DNA from: Octopus sinensis
Taxonomy: Eukaryota
Assembly: GCF_006345805.1 (NCBI RefSeq)
Contig: NW_021833434.1
Coordinates: forward strand, 10,405-74,404
Reading direction: 5' to 3'
DNA: 64,000 bases
Under the pieces are notes generated by a model that saw nothing but the letters and a program-made list of their open reading frames with translations, made no database searches and had not been told where the DNA came from. Position 1 is the stretch's first letter, and each line of letters starts with the position of its first letter. The position numbers and the translations under genes were made by a program. This document shows positions 10,021-22,560 of the stretch, one piece after another.

Positions 10021-13000
10021 GAAACAGCAAACATTCTGGCTGCTGGTGTGAAAGAATAATAATAATGAAAACAATGATAATAGAAATAATACTAATAAAA
10101 ATAATGAGATGGAATTGGACATTTGCATTCTTAACAAGAGCTATAACTAACAGGTTTCAGTCAGTGAAACTGTGACAAAATTAGATAAATGAATCATCAT
10201 CATTATCATTGTTTAATGTCCGTTTTCCATGCTAGCATGGGTTGGATGGTTCGATCGGGGTCTGGGAAGCCAGGAGGCTGCACCATGTTCCAGTCTGATC
10301 TGACAGTGTTTCTACAGCTGGATGCCCTTCCTAATGCCAACAACTCCATGAGTGTAGTGGGTAAATTTTACGTGTCACCGGCACAGGGGCCAGAGGAGGC
10401 TGACAATGGCTACAATCGGTTGGTGCTTTTTACACCAGTTGGTGCTAGTCAAGGCTGTGCTGGCATTGGCCATGTTCAGATGGTGCTTTTTATGTGCCAC
10501 CAGCATGGGTATCACAACTACAATTTCCATTTGATTTTCATTTTGATTTTGATATACTCCTCAAGCACAGCAGGTCACCCTACAATCCAAGGTACTTTTG
10601 AATGGGCTGGGGCTGGTTATGCGAAACTGATGTAGGATACAGCCGTGAACTCACTTTATTTGCCAGGTCTTCACAGTCAGAGCATACCTCCAGAGATCTC
10701 GGTCTTTCATCATTGCCTCTGTGGGCCCCAACATTCAAAGGTCATGCTTGACCACCTCATTCTATGTCTTCCTCAATCTACCTCTACCCTGAATTCCTTC
10801 AACTGTTTGGAAGTTGCACTTCTTCACACATCTCTCCTCATCTATCCATAGTACATGACCATACCAGTGCAAACGTCTCTCTTGTATGTCACAACCAATG
10901 CTTCTTATGTCCAACATTTCTCTCAGGGCGCTTACACTCTGTCGTGTGTGCACTCTGACATTACGCATCCAGTGGATCATGGTAGCTTTGTTTCTCTCGA
11001 GCCTACACATGTCCTCCGCAGTCACAGCCCATGTTTCACTGCTGTGAAGCATGGCTGTTTGCACACATGCATCGTACAATCTACCTTTCACTCTGAGTGA
11101 GAGGCCCTTTGTCACCAGTAGGGGTAGAAACTTTCTTAACTTTGGCCAGCTTATTTTTATTCTAGTGGTAACACTCTCTGAGCACCCACCTCCCTCCCCA
11201 CTACAGACTTGATCACCTAGGTAGCGGAAGCTATCAACTACTTCTAGTTTCTCCCCCTGGAGTGTGATGGAATCTGTTTTCTGAGCATCTGTGGTGTTTA
11301 TTGCCCCTGTGCATCTGTCGCACGCGAAAGCTATCTTCTCAATTAATCTTACTATGATGTTGCTGCACCTCTTATGTGTCCATAGCTTACACTGGGTACA
11401 TCCTATAGAGTTTCTACCAAAACCTTTTCTACAGATTGAGCAGGGCCACCTGAGGAGGTGTATGATGTGTTCGCCTTCCTACTTACTAGAACTTTGGTCT
11501 TTGCTACATTGACTCTAAGGCCTTTTGATTCTAAACCTTGCTTCCACACCCGAAATTTCTTTTCTAGTTCTGGTAGTAATTCTGCTATGAGGGCCAGGCC
11601 ATCAGCATAGAGGAGCTCTCAAGGGCAACCCATTTTGAATTCCCCTCTTATTGCCTAGAGGACTATGATAAATAAAAGGGGGCTGAAGGCTGAACCTTGA
11701 TGGACTCCTACTTCTACCAGGAATTCTTCACTAATTGCCAATCCTAACCATACTAACGACCTGTCTGTATAGGGCCTGTACAGTCCTTATTCTTAGTAAC
11801 CATTTGTCAGTCCCCAGTTTCTACATCACCCACCAAATATGGGATCGAGGGACCCTGTCAAAGGCTTTCTCCAAGTCCACAAATGCTAAGTATATGGGTT
11901 TATCTTTACCTAGGTATTTCTCATGCAGTTGTCAAACCAGGAATATGGCATCAGTGGTGCTTCTACCTGGCACAAAACCAAACTGCATCTCATCTAATCA
12001 GACACTCTCCCCTTACTAACGGCCTCTCAGTATAGGGCCTGTACAGATCTTATTAACCATTCGTCAATCTCCAATTTCCACATCACCCACCAGATAAGGG
12101 ATCGGGGAACCCTGTCAAAAGCTTTCTCCAAGTCCACAAAATCTAAGTACAGGGGTTTATCTTCAGCTAGGTATTTCTCCTGTTGTTGTCAAACCAGGAA
12201 TATGGCATCAGTGGTGCTTCTACCCAGAACAAAACCGAACTGCATCACATCTAAGCAGATGCTCTGCCTAATGAGATGGGCTATGACCCTCTTCATGACC
12301 TTCATCACCTGATCCAGCAGTTTGATACCCCTGTAGTTATTTCTATCTAGAGCATCACCTTTACCCTTGTAGCAGTTGACTATGGTGCTGCTACGCCAGT
12401 CATTGGGTATGACTCTGTCATGAACTGCCTGGTTTACAATGCAGGTAACTAGGCCATAGCCCACACCACCAGTTGTTTTAAGCATCTCAGCAGTGATTCC
12501 TGATAGGCCAGAGGCTTTTCCTGGCTTCATATCCTTAATTGCTTTATCTACCAGGGAGCTGTCTATTCGGATAGCTGGTCCCTCTACTGGGTCAACATTT
12601 GGCAGGCTCTCATTCTCCACATTCAGCAGTCTTTCATAATGGCTTCTCCAAGCCTCTTTCTTTTCCGAATCATTAAAAGCAAGTGCACCATCTTCGATGC
12701 GGACACATTTCGCTCCTGTGACATCACAATTTTCTCTCACACACTGTTTTGCAATCTGAAATACCTCAGTTCTTTGGTCCTCACATTGATGGACTTTCGC
12801 AAACTTCTTTTCTACTTCTCCCTTGGCTATGCATGCCTACCGCCCAGCCTCCCTTTTGTCTACCTGGTACAGTTCCCTGCTACACGCACCCTCCCAGGCT
12901 TTCCAGGCCTGTTTCTTTAGTGTAATGGCTTTGTCTACCGTACTATTCCATCACCACGTAACTCTAGGTCTTGAAGGGACTTTGCACCATCCGCAGTTTT

Positions 13001-14368
13001 GGTCTGTGGCACTCAGCAAGCTGTCCTGTAGGAATTTCCAGCTACCTTCTTTGTTTTAAGACTGTAGTTCCTCTTCCCTCTCATCAAATTTCTTGATGAG
13101 GATGTCCCTAAATCTCTGACCATTTGAAGGGTTCTTTAGCTTCCCAATCCTTGTTTTAGATTGGTCTGCTTCTTGGTATCCTTCTGGCCTTAAGCCTAAA
13201 GTCACTAATGACTAACCTATGCTGGGGTGTACATTCTTCACCTGGGAGGATCACTGTCTAGTGAGGATGAAAACAATCTGGCTAGCAGAGTCACCTGATT
13301 GATAGGTTATCAGGTGGCTGTCTGGTTTGCTGAAGTTAGTGTTGCAGATTAAAAGGTTACATGCATCACAGAACTCCAGTAGCCTAGTTCCCTCATTGTT
13401 TCGGGAACCAATACCGTGGCCCCTGTGTACACCAGTGACGATACCTGAATCCCGCCCAACATGCCCATTAAAATCTCCATAATAATAACAATAATAAATG
13501 AGCATGAAAGAGAAGAAGAGAGAAAGAGAGAGAATTGCATTGAACATAGGGATCTTAAGTTTTCACTAGCAGATGGTATGGAAGAAGAAACTGTGTTTAC
13601 ATAGATAGATAATGAAATAACAAAGTAATTATAATTTGCACTAAAAAAAAGGGGTTTTAGATGTGTTTTAGGTTGGAAAACAGAGTTGCTTATCTGAACG
13701 TTTTCTTGGGTTCTACTTTGTGTGGCAAGATATTAAAATGTGAGGCAGCAGAATCTGAATGAAGCTACTTTATATAGGGTGGGGTTAGGAGCGCGGAGGT
13801 AATGTCGTGTTGGGAGAAGCAAGTGGTTAACGGAACTGAGAGAGAGAGGGAGAGAGAGAGAGTCCATAGTTAGGCTGGGCGAAGACAGAACATGGCGAGA
13901 TGGAATTTTTGGAATTTAGAGTAATATAATTCATCAAATGGAATGGATTTAACTTGCCATCATAACAAACTGCTAGGTGAATAACACTGCGAAGCAACAA
14001 ACACTTTGGCTGTTGGTGTGAAAGATTGATGATGATAAGAAGAAGAAGATAGAATTGGACATTTGCATTTTTAACTAGAGTTATAACCAACAGGTTTTGG
14101 TCAGCCAAACTGTGACAAAATTAGATAAATGAATGAATAACAATAATAAATGAGCATGAAAGAGAAGGAGAATTGGATTGAATGTCGGGATCTTTAGTTT
14201 TTTCTAACCTATGGTGTGGAAGACTAAACCATGTTTACATACATAGATAATGAAATAATAAAGTAATTATAATTTGCACTGTAAAAAGAGGTTTTAGATG
14301 TGTAGTCTGTTGGAAAACAAAGTTGTTTATCTGAACATCTTCTTGGCTTCTACTTTGTAAGGCAAGAT
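10021..14368 (+). repeat. Local ~450-bp direct duplication; copy 1 (10021-10194 + 13481-13731) is split by LINE copy 2, copy 2 (13995-14368) is uninterrupted
   Basis: Shared GAATTGGACATTTGCATT...GTGACAAAATTAGATAAATGAAT and AATAACAATAATAAATGAGCATGAAAGAGAAG...TTCTACTTTGT..GGCAAGAT blocks. Confidence 0.85.
10195..13480 (-). mobile_element. RTE LINE copy 2, 5'-truncated, with internal ~265-bp tandem duplication
   Basis: Minus ORFs contain GDFNGHVG, IPNDWRSSTIVNCYKGKGDALDRNNYRGIKLLD and LYADD (GCATCAGCATAG). (CAT)n tail at 10195. Blocks ~11745-12012 and ~12013-12265 repeat the same RT segment. Confidence 0.92.
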
Positions 14369-14534
14369 TACTCTGTCAGTCTCACCATGAAAAGAGTTGA
14401 GCTTGAAAATGTCATCTGCATATCCGAAGAAAAAAAAGCATAAGAGTGTATTCCAGTTGGTCCATATATATGATGGTTTGCTAAGTTAGATCAAACAGTG
14501 AGTATTGTGCAACACCTGATTATTGATATTAACA

Positions 14535-14663
14535 AAAATATTAAGTATCCCAACTCTGAGGGTGTGGAAGGTGTGGGCCTGTGAGACCCTGGAATGGGGG
14601 ACAGCAGCATCATGTACCTGAAGAGAAAGCTTGCATTTGGCAGAACTCTTAAACATACAATAG
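14535..14663 (-). mobile_element. Isolated 5'-end fragment of the same RTE LINE
   Basis: Homologous to 9705-9828 and ends at the same AAACATACAATAG boundary. Confidence 0.8.
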
Positions 14664-14834
14664 CCTGTTTTATTTTTCATCTAACTAAAAATATATAAAC
14701 AATATTCATGAGATTACTATTATCACAGTTCTCTTATCCAGCAGAAATAAATATACATATATATATTTTCAAAATCTACACACACACATTCCATTCATTT
14801 CTCAATATAATTTTTATCACTTTTCCTATTTCAG

Positions 14835-15155
14835 TTTTACCAAAATCAGTCACAATCAAGAGTATTTCTAACACAGTTCCTGTGGAAAATCAGATCAAAA
14901 GTTATGAATGCCTTATTAAAGACACCAACCCTGAATTTTCAGTCTTTTGGTTGATTACCAGGAATGATGGAACACAAAAAAATGCTACAAAGTATATTTC
15001 AAACAAGTCAAGCAAATCAGGAAAGCTGACTACTTTATCATCAGAACTGACATTAACTCTTAATAAGAATTTTAAGAAATTACAGTGTGTTGCATATTTT
15101 CCGGGTAAAAATGAATTTGGTAACCATTCAAAGGAACTCGATTTGCATATAAAAT
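14835..15155 (+). CDS. Ig-domain exon A of a nephrin/Kirre/sidestep-like immunoglobulin-superfamily protein (phase 1-1, 321 nt)
   Basis: Acceptor TTTTCCTATTTCAG| and donor T|GTAAGT at 15156. Open frame LPKSVTIKSISNTVPVENQIKSYECLIKDTNPEFSVFWLI...LSSELTLTLNKNFKKLQCVAYF...LDLHIK has Ig B-strand Cys, C-strand Trp and F-strand Cys. Confidence 0.9.
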
Positions 15156-15446
15156 GTAAGTTTTTCTTCTTTATCTCTATAAAGCACAAAGTATAGATTT
15201 GTTCAAAATATTTTTGTGAAATATTTCTTCATTTCTAGATTTATATTTACTACAACAATGAGAAGATTACACAACTTCAGCAGTTTTGAAAAGATTTTTT
15301 GTTTTAATTCACTTTTTTGTTGTTGTAATATCGTATCTCTGAGCAATTATGAACTAGTTGATCCCAAAATATATGTGGTCATTTCTGTAATTTGCCTAAA
15401 TTTACTAAAGCATCTACTTCATTGAGTTCTGGTTTCTAGAGTAAGA

Positions 15447-16743
15447 TGTATAATGTTGTGGAAGGATTCCGACCACTTCCTAATGATTAAACATGGACTG
15501 ATACTTTTCTATAAAATAAAGAACTGTCGAGTTGACTCGAGCAGTTGATAGAAAGTGTTTAGCCTCATCTAGCAGCAGTAGTACTACATCATACGAAGAC
15601 CTTACTTTACGCCCAAATCAGAAAATATATCCAACGCAGTAGGCTATAAAAATGGCGATGAGATATTCGAAGCTTGCATTGAACATTAAAACTTTTGGTG
15701 CAAAACAAAAAATTGTTTAACATGGAGGACTTATTGGCCTCCATGCAAAATCAGCATTAACAACAACTACAACAGTAACAACAACAGCAACTACAACAGC
15801 AAAGCCAACAGTTGCTTGGATTAAAATTAAAGAAGTTTAAAAATACTTAAGGTTCATACTCGCCAGAGAGCATAGCAAACTCAGTTGGAGAATTCAGTTA
15901 TAATCCAGAAGACTGGATCACCTTCTCTGTATATTCTCAAAGATATGAAGAAATGTTCAAAGAAGAATGTATGGATGGATGAGAAAAAAGTACTACTACT
16001 TTTAAGAAAGTTATCCCCTGCTGAACATGAAAAATATAGTAGCTATATTCTGCCGAAGAAACCAGGTGAGATTTGTTGTGATGAAATAATTTTTTATTGA
16101 AAGATTTCAGTGAAAGAAGTTCCCTGTTCTGTACTCACTGGTAGTATTTAAATTTGGTTAAAGAAGATGATGAAGATTTTGTCACCTATGCCAGGGTTGT
16201 TAAGAGATTATGAAAAATTCAAATTAAATGAATTAACCCTTGACATGTTCAAATGTCTAATTTTTGATCAAGCAAAGATGCAGATATCCATTTCTGAATA
16301 TTAACAACATTAGAACAAGACCAAAAATTAACTCTGTAGACTGTAGCAGAAGAATGCCAGAGGATTATAAATTTAAGAGATGACGCAGATAAAATTGAAA
16401 GAAAAGATTGCTCTCATATTCATTCATGTTGACCTGAATGAATAGAAAAAAGAAACAAATGTCAAGACCCAATCCATGCTATAGGAATGGAGGTTTACAT
16501 TTCAAATGTAACTGCTCTTTTAAAAATCTAAAATGCTTTGAGCGTGGAAAAATAGGTCACAAAAGCTCACAATGTAAAAGGAAACGAAAATGTTTAAAGG
16601 TTGAATGAAATAAATTCTGGCAAGAAGGTATTGTCAACAGAAATCCTAAGCAAGGCTCAGAAAAGAAAATTCGAGTTTATAAAAATGAATAAAGTGAATA
16701 TCATGTTACAATTGGATACAGGCAGTGATATCACAATAATTAA
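15447..16743 (+). mobile_element. Ty3/Gypsy LTR retrotransposon, 5' part (possible LTR ~15447-15650, PBS-like TGGCGATGAG, gag, zinc knuckle, protease start)
   Basis: gag-like KKVLLLLRKLSPAEHEKYSSYILPKKP (15885-16100), CCHC-like PCY..GG.H..C...KCF..GKIGHKSSQC (~16460-16580) and aspartic protease LQLDTGSDITI (16706-16740). The LTR call is tentative. Confidence 0.85.
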
Positions 16744-19700
16744 GCCTTTAGTGTTTAAACAGGTCATTACTGGCTGAAAATTATTCCTCTTTATTTGTTT
16801 GAACCAGTCAAATCTGCCATATCTGATTTCTCTACAAAATCACTAAAAAGATAAACAAATTATATTATTGAATTCTCGTAGCTTTCAGATAATGCGAGAT
16901 AAAGCCTTTCCCACCTTTATTCAAGTAAAAATATGGTGAAATTTTTGAGACTTCTTGGTTTTTAATGATATGGTATCAGCAAGTAGCAATTCCAACTTCA
17001 AAGATTTTACTCTTGATGATGTATAAAACACAAATGAAAACAGCAATGATTTGTCTGAAGACAAATCATATTCACATTTATGAATCTTCATCAGATGAGG
17101 AAAATTTTTATAATGAAAGTGATATAAATGATATTGAAAACATTATGGCAACATGGTTGAAGATTACTACATCAACCACAATTTCTGATTTCACAGAAAA
17201 GACTGGTCCATAATACAGTCTACCTCCCAATGCTCAATGACTGGACTATCTATTAATTTTTATTTTTACTGAAAAATTTTTTTTGAAACTGTCGCGGAGG
17301 AAACAAATGTTCAAGGCATAATTTATTTTCGCGGAAGACCCGATCCATTATGACAGCCAACTGATACTGTGGAAATGCGAGCTTTTTTTACTATAAACAT
17401 TATGTTTGGTATCAAGAAGCTTACTCAGCTGAGGAACTAGTGGAATCCTGATATAAGGTATGGTGACCCATATATCTCCAGCATTATGTCTAACTATAGT
17501 TAATTCATATATCATGTAAAAAGCCACAAGGTACCTTCACCACCAAAGGACTACAACCATTTGAAATTTTGGGTTGACATTGCATCTCAGTTATGGGAGG
17601 GCTTTTCTTCCAGAAAGCACAGAACTGGGAGAAAAACAAAATTAACTGAGAGAAAATATTGACTTCCATAAAGTGGAGAAAATGAATGGTAGGGAAAAAG
17701 TTTGCAGATTGTGTTCACTGCAAATAAGTAAAACTCCAAAAGGATATCACTTTGAGACCTCATATATGTGTTTGTTTTGCAAAGTGCCCTTGTGTAAAGG
17801 GTGCTTTGGACAGTTTCACCATAGAAACATGGCATTACTATATTTTGTTGTTTGATAGTAATACTATCATGTATTCTTTTCATTTTATTAGAAATAATAT
17901 GTGAAAGTGCAAAATACATATTTATTTTCATACATATTTATGTTACACACCTATATTCACCTTTGCCTCACCTATTAATGAGCTTTCTTTATTAGATACA
18001 TTTTGTTATGTAAATGTATTCATTAAATTGTATAAGAGTACATAGCCAATGGTATATTGACTAGTATAAGAGTTTTGTACTAGATGAGATGCAGTTTGGT
18101 TTCTTGCCAGGGAAAAGCACCACTGACGCTATATTTCTGGTAAGACAGCTGCAGGAGAAATACCTAGCCAAAGATAAGCCCCTGTACCTGACTTTCGTTG
18201 ACATGGAGAAAGCCTTTGACAGGGTCCCCCAATCCCTTATCTGGTGGTCAATGTGGAAACTAGGGATAGTTGAATGGTTAGTGAGAGCCATGCAAGCCAT
18301 GTACATGAACGCTGTCAGAAAGGTGAGGGTTGGCAACGAGTACAGTGAAGAATTCAGGGTAGAGGTAGGGGTCCATAAAGGTTCAGTCCTCAGCCCCCTC
18401 CTATTTATCATAGTCCTCCAGACAATAATGGTGGAATTCAAGACAGGATGCCCCTGGGAGCTCCTCTATGCTGATGACCTTGCTCTAATTGCTGAGTCAC
18501 TATCAGAACTAGAGCACAAGTTTCAAGTATGGAAAGAAGGATTAGAATCAAAGGGCCTTAGAGTCAACCTAGCTAAAACCAAAGTCCTAATAAGTAGGAA
18601 GGCAGGCAAACCACAAATCCCTTGAAGTAGATGGCTCTGCTTGATCTGTAGAGAAGGCGTAGGTAGAAACTCTATAAGATGTACCCAGTGTAAGCTATGG
18701 ACACATAAGAGGTGCAGCAATATCAAAGGAAGGCTACCTGGGAGGATAGTTTTGTATGTGGCAGATGCTCAGGAGCAATAAATAAAACTGAAAATGTGCA
18801 AAGAACAACTTCCACCACATCCCAGAGAGAATAACTAGTAGTTGATAGCTTCCATTACCTAGGTGACCTAGTCAGTAACGGGGAAGGGTGCACTGAAAGT
18901 GTAGCTGCTAGAATAAGAATAGCCTGGGCAAAGTTCAGAGAGCACTTACCTCTGCTGGTGACAAAGGGCCTCTCTCACAGAATAAAAGGTAGACTGTACG
19001 ACACATGTGTACAATCAGCTACATGGCAGTAAAACATGGGCCGTGACTGCTGAGGACATGCGTAAGCTCACAAAGAATGAAGCCAGCATGCTCCGATGGA
19101 TGTGTAATGTCAGTGTGCATACTCGACAGCGTGTTAGTGCCTTGTGAGAAAGTTTAGACCTAAGAAGCATCAGATGTGATGTGCAAGAGAGACAACTGCG
19201 CTGGTATGGTCATGTGGCGAGAATGGATGTGGATAGTTGTGTGAAAAAGTGCCACACCCTAGCAGTTGAGGGAACCTGTGGAAGAGGTAGACCCAGGAAG
19301 ACCTGGGATGAGGTAGTGAAGCATGACCTTCAAACACTGGGCCTCACCGAGGCAATGACTAGTGACCGGGACCTCTGGAAATATGCTGCGCTTGAGAAGA
19401 CTCAGCAAGCGCAAGTGAGACCATAACCTTATGGTCTATGCCAGGGGTGTAACCAGTCCACTTTTGCATGCCTTTCCTTCATTGGACACTAAACTCTGCT
19501 TGCGAAGACTTGTTGAGGCATAAACTCTGCTTGCGAAGACTTGTTGAGGCAAGTGAAGTCAAAATCGAAATCAAACTCGAAGACTGACATCTGTGTTAGT
19601 GGGGCGCTAAGAGTACCATATGAGTGAGATCGTTGCCAGAGCAACAATCTGGCCTCTGAGCCGATGGCAGGTTAAAAACATCATTGGAGCATGATTGTTA

Positions 19701-20477
19701 CCTGCGTTGCCTTACTAGCACTTGTGCTGGTGGCATGGGAAAAAACATTCGAGCGAGGTTGTTGCCAGTGCTGCTGGACTGGCTCCTGTGCAGGTGGCAC
19801 ATAAAAAGCGCCTATTAAGCATGGCCGTTGCCAGTACTGCCAGCCTGGCCCCTGTGCCGGTGGCACGTAAAAGCACCCACTACACTCTTGGAGTAGTTGG
19901 TGTTAGGAAGGGCATCTAGCTGTAGAAACTCTGCCAGATCAGACTGGAGTCTGGTGCAGCCATCTGGTTTGCCAGACCTCAAGCAAATCATCCAACCCAT
20001 GTTAGCATGGAAAGCGGACATGAAATGATGATGATGATGATTTTCGATAAGAATATTTGAATGAAATACAGGAAAAGAATAAAATCTTATGCTAATTATA
20101 AATGTAATTCAAATTAATGTGCTTCTTCTTGAAAAGTGGCAAAATTGTTACTGGTTGAGATTGGGGATGATTTTCGCAACAAATCATATAGGTAAGATGC
20201 ATTAAGAATTTCAGTTTTAGTGTTTATCCATAATGTTATTACTGTTAATTAAATTTACTTGCTCATAAAAGTCAAAGTTAATCAACTAGATCAGCTAAAA
20301 TTACATAACTATAATCTTTTGGTATATAAGCACCCACTGACAAAATTTCAAATCTGTATATAAAAAATAACAAAGTTACAAGCAATTATTGTGGACACCC
20401 CTCTTGAACCTGAATAATTCAAAATAACGTGAACAAATAAGCATTACATTTGACAGATTAATCTGAACACTAAAGAG
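16744..20477 (+). mobile_element. piggyBac-type DNA transposon, internally deleted transposase, TTAA target duplication
   Basis: TTAA at 16740-16743 and 20478-20481. Termini GCCTTTAGTGTTTAAAC and (reverse complement) CTCTTTAGTGTTCAGAT share CTTTAGTGTT. Remnants include an acidic N-terminus, EETN, EMRAFFTINIMFGIKKL and the C-terminal Cys-rich CRLC...CLFCKVPLCKGCFGQFH (17673-17855). Confidence 0.9.
18075..20040 (+). mobile_element. RTE LINE copy 3, 5'-truncated, nested in the piggyBac
   Basis: ORF 18089-18625 contains DMEKAFDRVP, GVHKGSVLSPLLF and LLYADD; GRGRPRKTW at 19.3 kb; (ATG)n tail ends at 20040. A perfect 31-bp tandem duplication lies at 19490-19551. Confidence 0.93.
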
Positions 20478-22035
20478 TTAATACAGATACAGGGAGAAAA
20501 TTGGGAAACCTAAATTGAAAGAAACTTCAAAAATTGCATGTGGTGTTTCAGTAAAAAAAATTACATTTCAAGGGTGAAATGATAAGTGATATTACATTTC
20601 ATGGAAAAACCTTGAAAGTTTTTCTACTAAATAATAGGACAAATTTATTTGGAACAGACTGAATGGAATTATTTAACTTATGGGACCTTTCCATATATTT
20701 TTCCTGAAAAATGTGAATGGTCTTTCCACCAGTACAAATCAGGTGTCAGAGGAATTAAAATAAAAATTAAAAATGATTTTTCCTGAAGTTTTTTCCTGAT
20801 GAATTAGGTCTTTGCACCAAAAGAAAGGTGAAGTTTCAAGTAAAAGAAGACATTATTCCGGTATTTAAACCAAAACAAACTGTACCTTTCACAGCATTGA
20901 AATAAGTTGATGGGGAATTGAATAGACTTGAAAAGCTTGAGATTATTGGAAAAATTGATCATGCTGAATGGGCATCACCAACAGTTTACGTCAAAGAAAA
21001 GAAAGCAAAATCCACGTATGTGTTAATTTTTCAACAGGGTTAAACAAGTGTTTGATCACTCATAATTAATTGTTACCAGGTCCAGAAGGAATTTTTGCTA
21101 AGTCAAATGATGGGAAAGTTTTTTCAAAGCATACCTACAGATACAAGTGGATTAGGAGTGTTCAAAAGTATTAACAATAAACACTCATAAGGGATTATAT
21201 TAATTTAATGGATTTCCTTCTGACATAAAAGTTGCTCCAACTATATTCCAACTAGAGATGGATACGAAGCTTGCAGAGTGCAACTTTGTGATGACCTGCC
21301 TGGACAATATAGTAATTAAAAGTGAACCTTGGGACCTGTATGTAGAGCACATAAAGTATGTGTTGGAAAAAATAAGGGATTACAGCTTCACTTTGAGTGA
21401 GGACAAGTGTGAATTCCTACCGAAAATCAAATGTTTAGGGCAAATTATTGATAAAGATGGTCATCAACCAGATCCATCAAAAGCAGATGCATTTAAAAAT
21501 ATGCCCTCTTTGACAACTATATCTACTTAAAACCTTTTTCTGAACTTGAAAACTATCATCAAAGTGATATACCAAAGATATATAAGGTAAGAGCTCCACT
21601 AAATAATCTACTAAAAAAAGATGTAAAAGTGGAATTGGTCTGAAAATTGTCAGAAGGCATTCAACAAAATGAAGAAAATATTAACATCTGATTTGTTGTT
21701 AGTACATTTCGATCCTGTATCAGAGATAGTTGTAGCTTCAAATGCCTCTGAGTATGGTATCAGAGGCAATAATGCTACATAAATATATAGTAACATGAAG
21801 ACTGTGGGTCATGCCTCACTTTCTCTGATACCAGCAGAAAAAATTTCAGCCAAATTGAGAAAGAGGCTCTAGCAATTTAGCAATTATTTTTGTTATAAAA
21901 AATTTCATATATTCTTACGCAGTAGAAGTTTTTGATTACAGACTGTTCAGCATCCGTTATTATCTATATACAAGTTGAAGAAAGGAATCCCTACCCATAT
22001 TGCTAATACATTACAACTCAGAGGTACTACATATT
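20478..22035 (+). mobile_element. Ty3/Gypsy element, 3' part (rest of protease, RT, RNase H), decayed and truncated before integrase
   Basis: EWASPTV, INTH.GLY, KVAPTIFQ, CLDN (degenerate YLDD), FSQIEKEALAI and KKGIPTH motifs across several frames. Confidence 0.88.
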
Positions 22036-22049
22036 ACACTTGTTAGGTG

Positions 22050-22560
22050 TTCACTCCTATTGCCCAGTTTCCTTTGGTACAGTTCTGAAATTGATCAATA
22101 TTTTTAGTCAGGATTGAAAGTTTAGAAGATATCTTTTGCAGTTATTTAAGAATATCTTTGCTCTGTCTATTTTTGTTTCGGTTGGTTTTTGATGACATTT
22201 TCATTCCTTGTGTGGGGAATATGTATAGAAAAAATAGTTATTAATCCATATAAGTAGTAGTAGTTATATAAAGGAAATTAAAAAAATGTTAAAAATGCAT
22301 TGAGAGTGTATAGAAAGATATATTAATATTAATGCACTTAACAGTTTCCACATTTGTATGATTTTCAAAATTATAAGATTTGAGGGACATAGAGCTGGTT
22401 CAGCTACAGTATTGCCTCTAGCTGTTGTTCTAAAATGTGTTTTTATAGAGAGAGTGAGACTCAGATCACTACCAGTTAATGTACAGATTGATTGGATGAG
22501 AATGGTCTCATAGTGAGGTAAGGGATTTCTGTGGTAAATTCTCTGCTACATTTATACATT
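22050..22560 (-). mobile_element. Possible Penelope-like RT remnant
   Basis: Weak minus-strand matches to LYTNIPH.EG (~22200-22230) and RP motif regions; heavily decayed. Confidence 0.35.
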
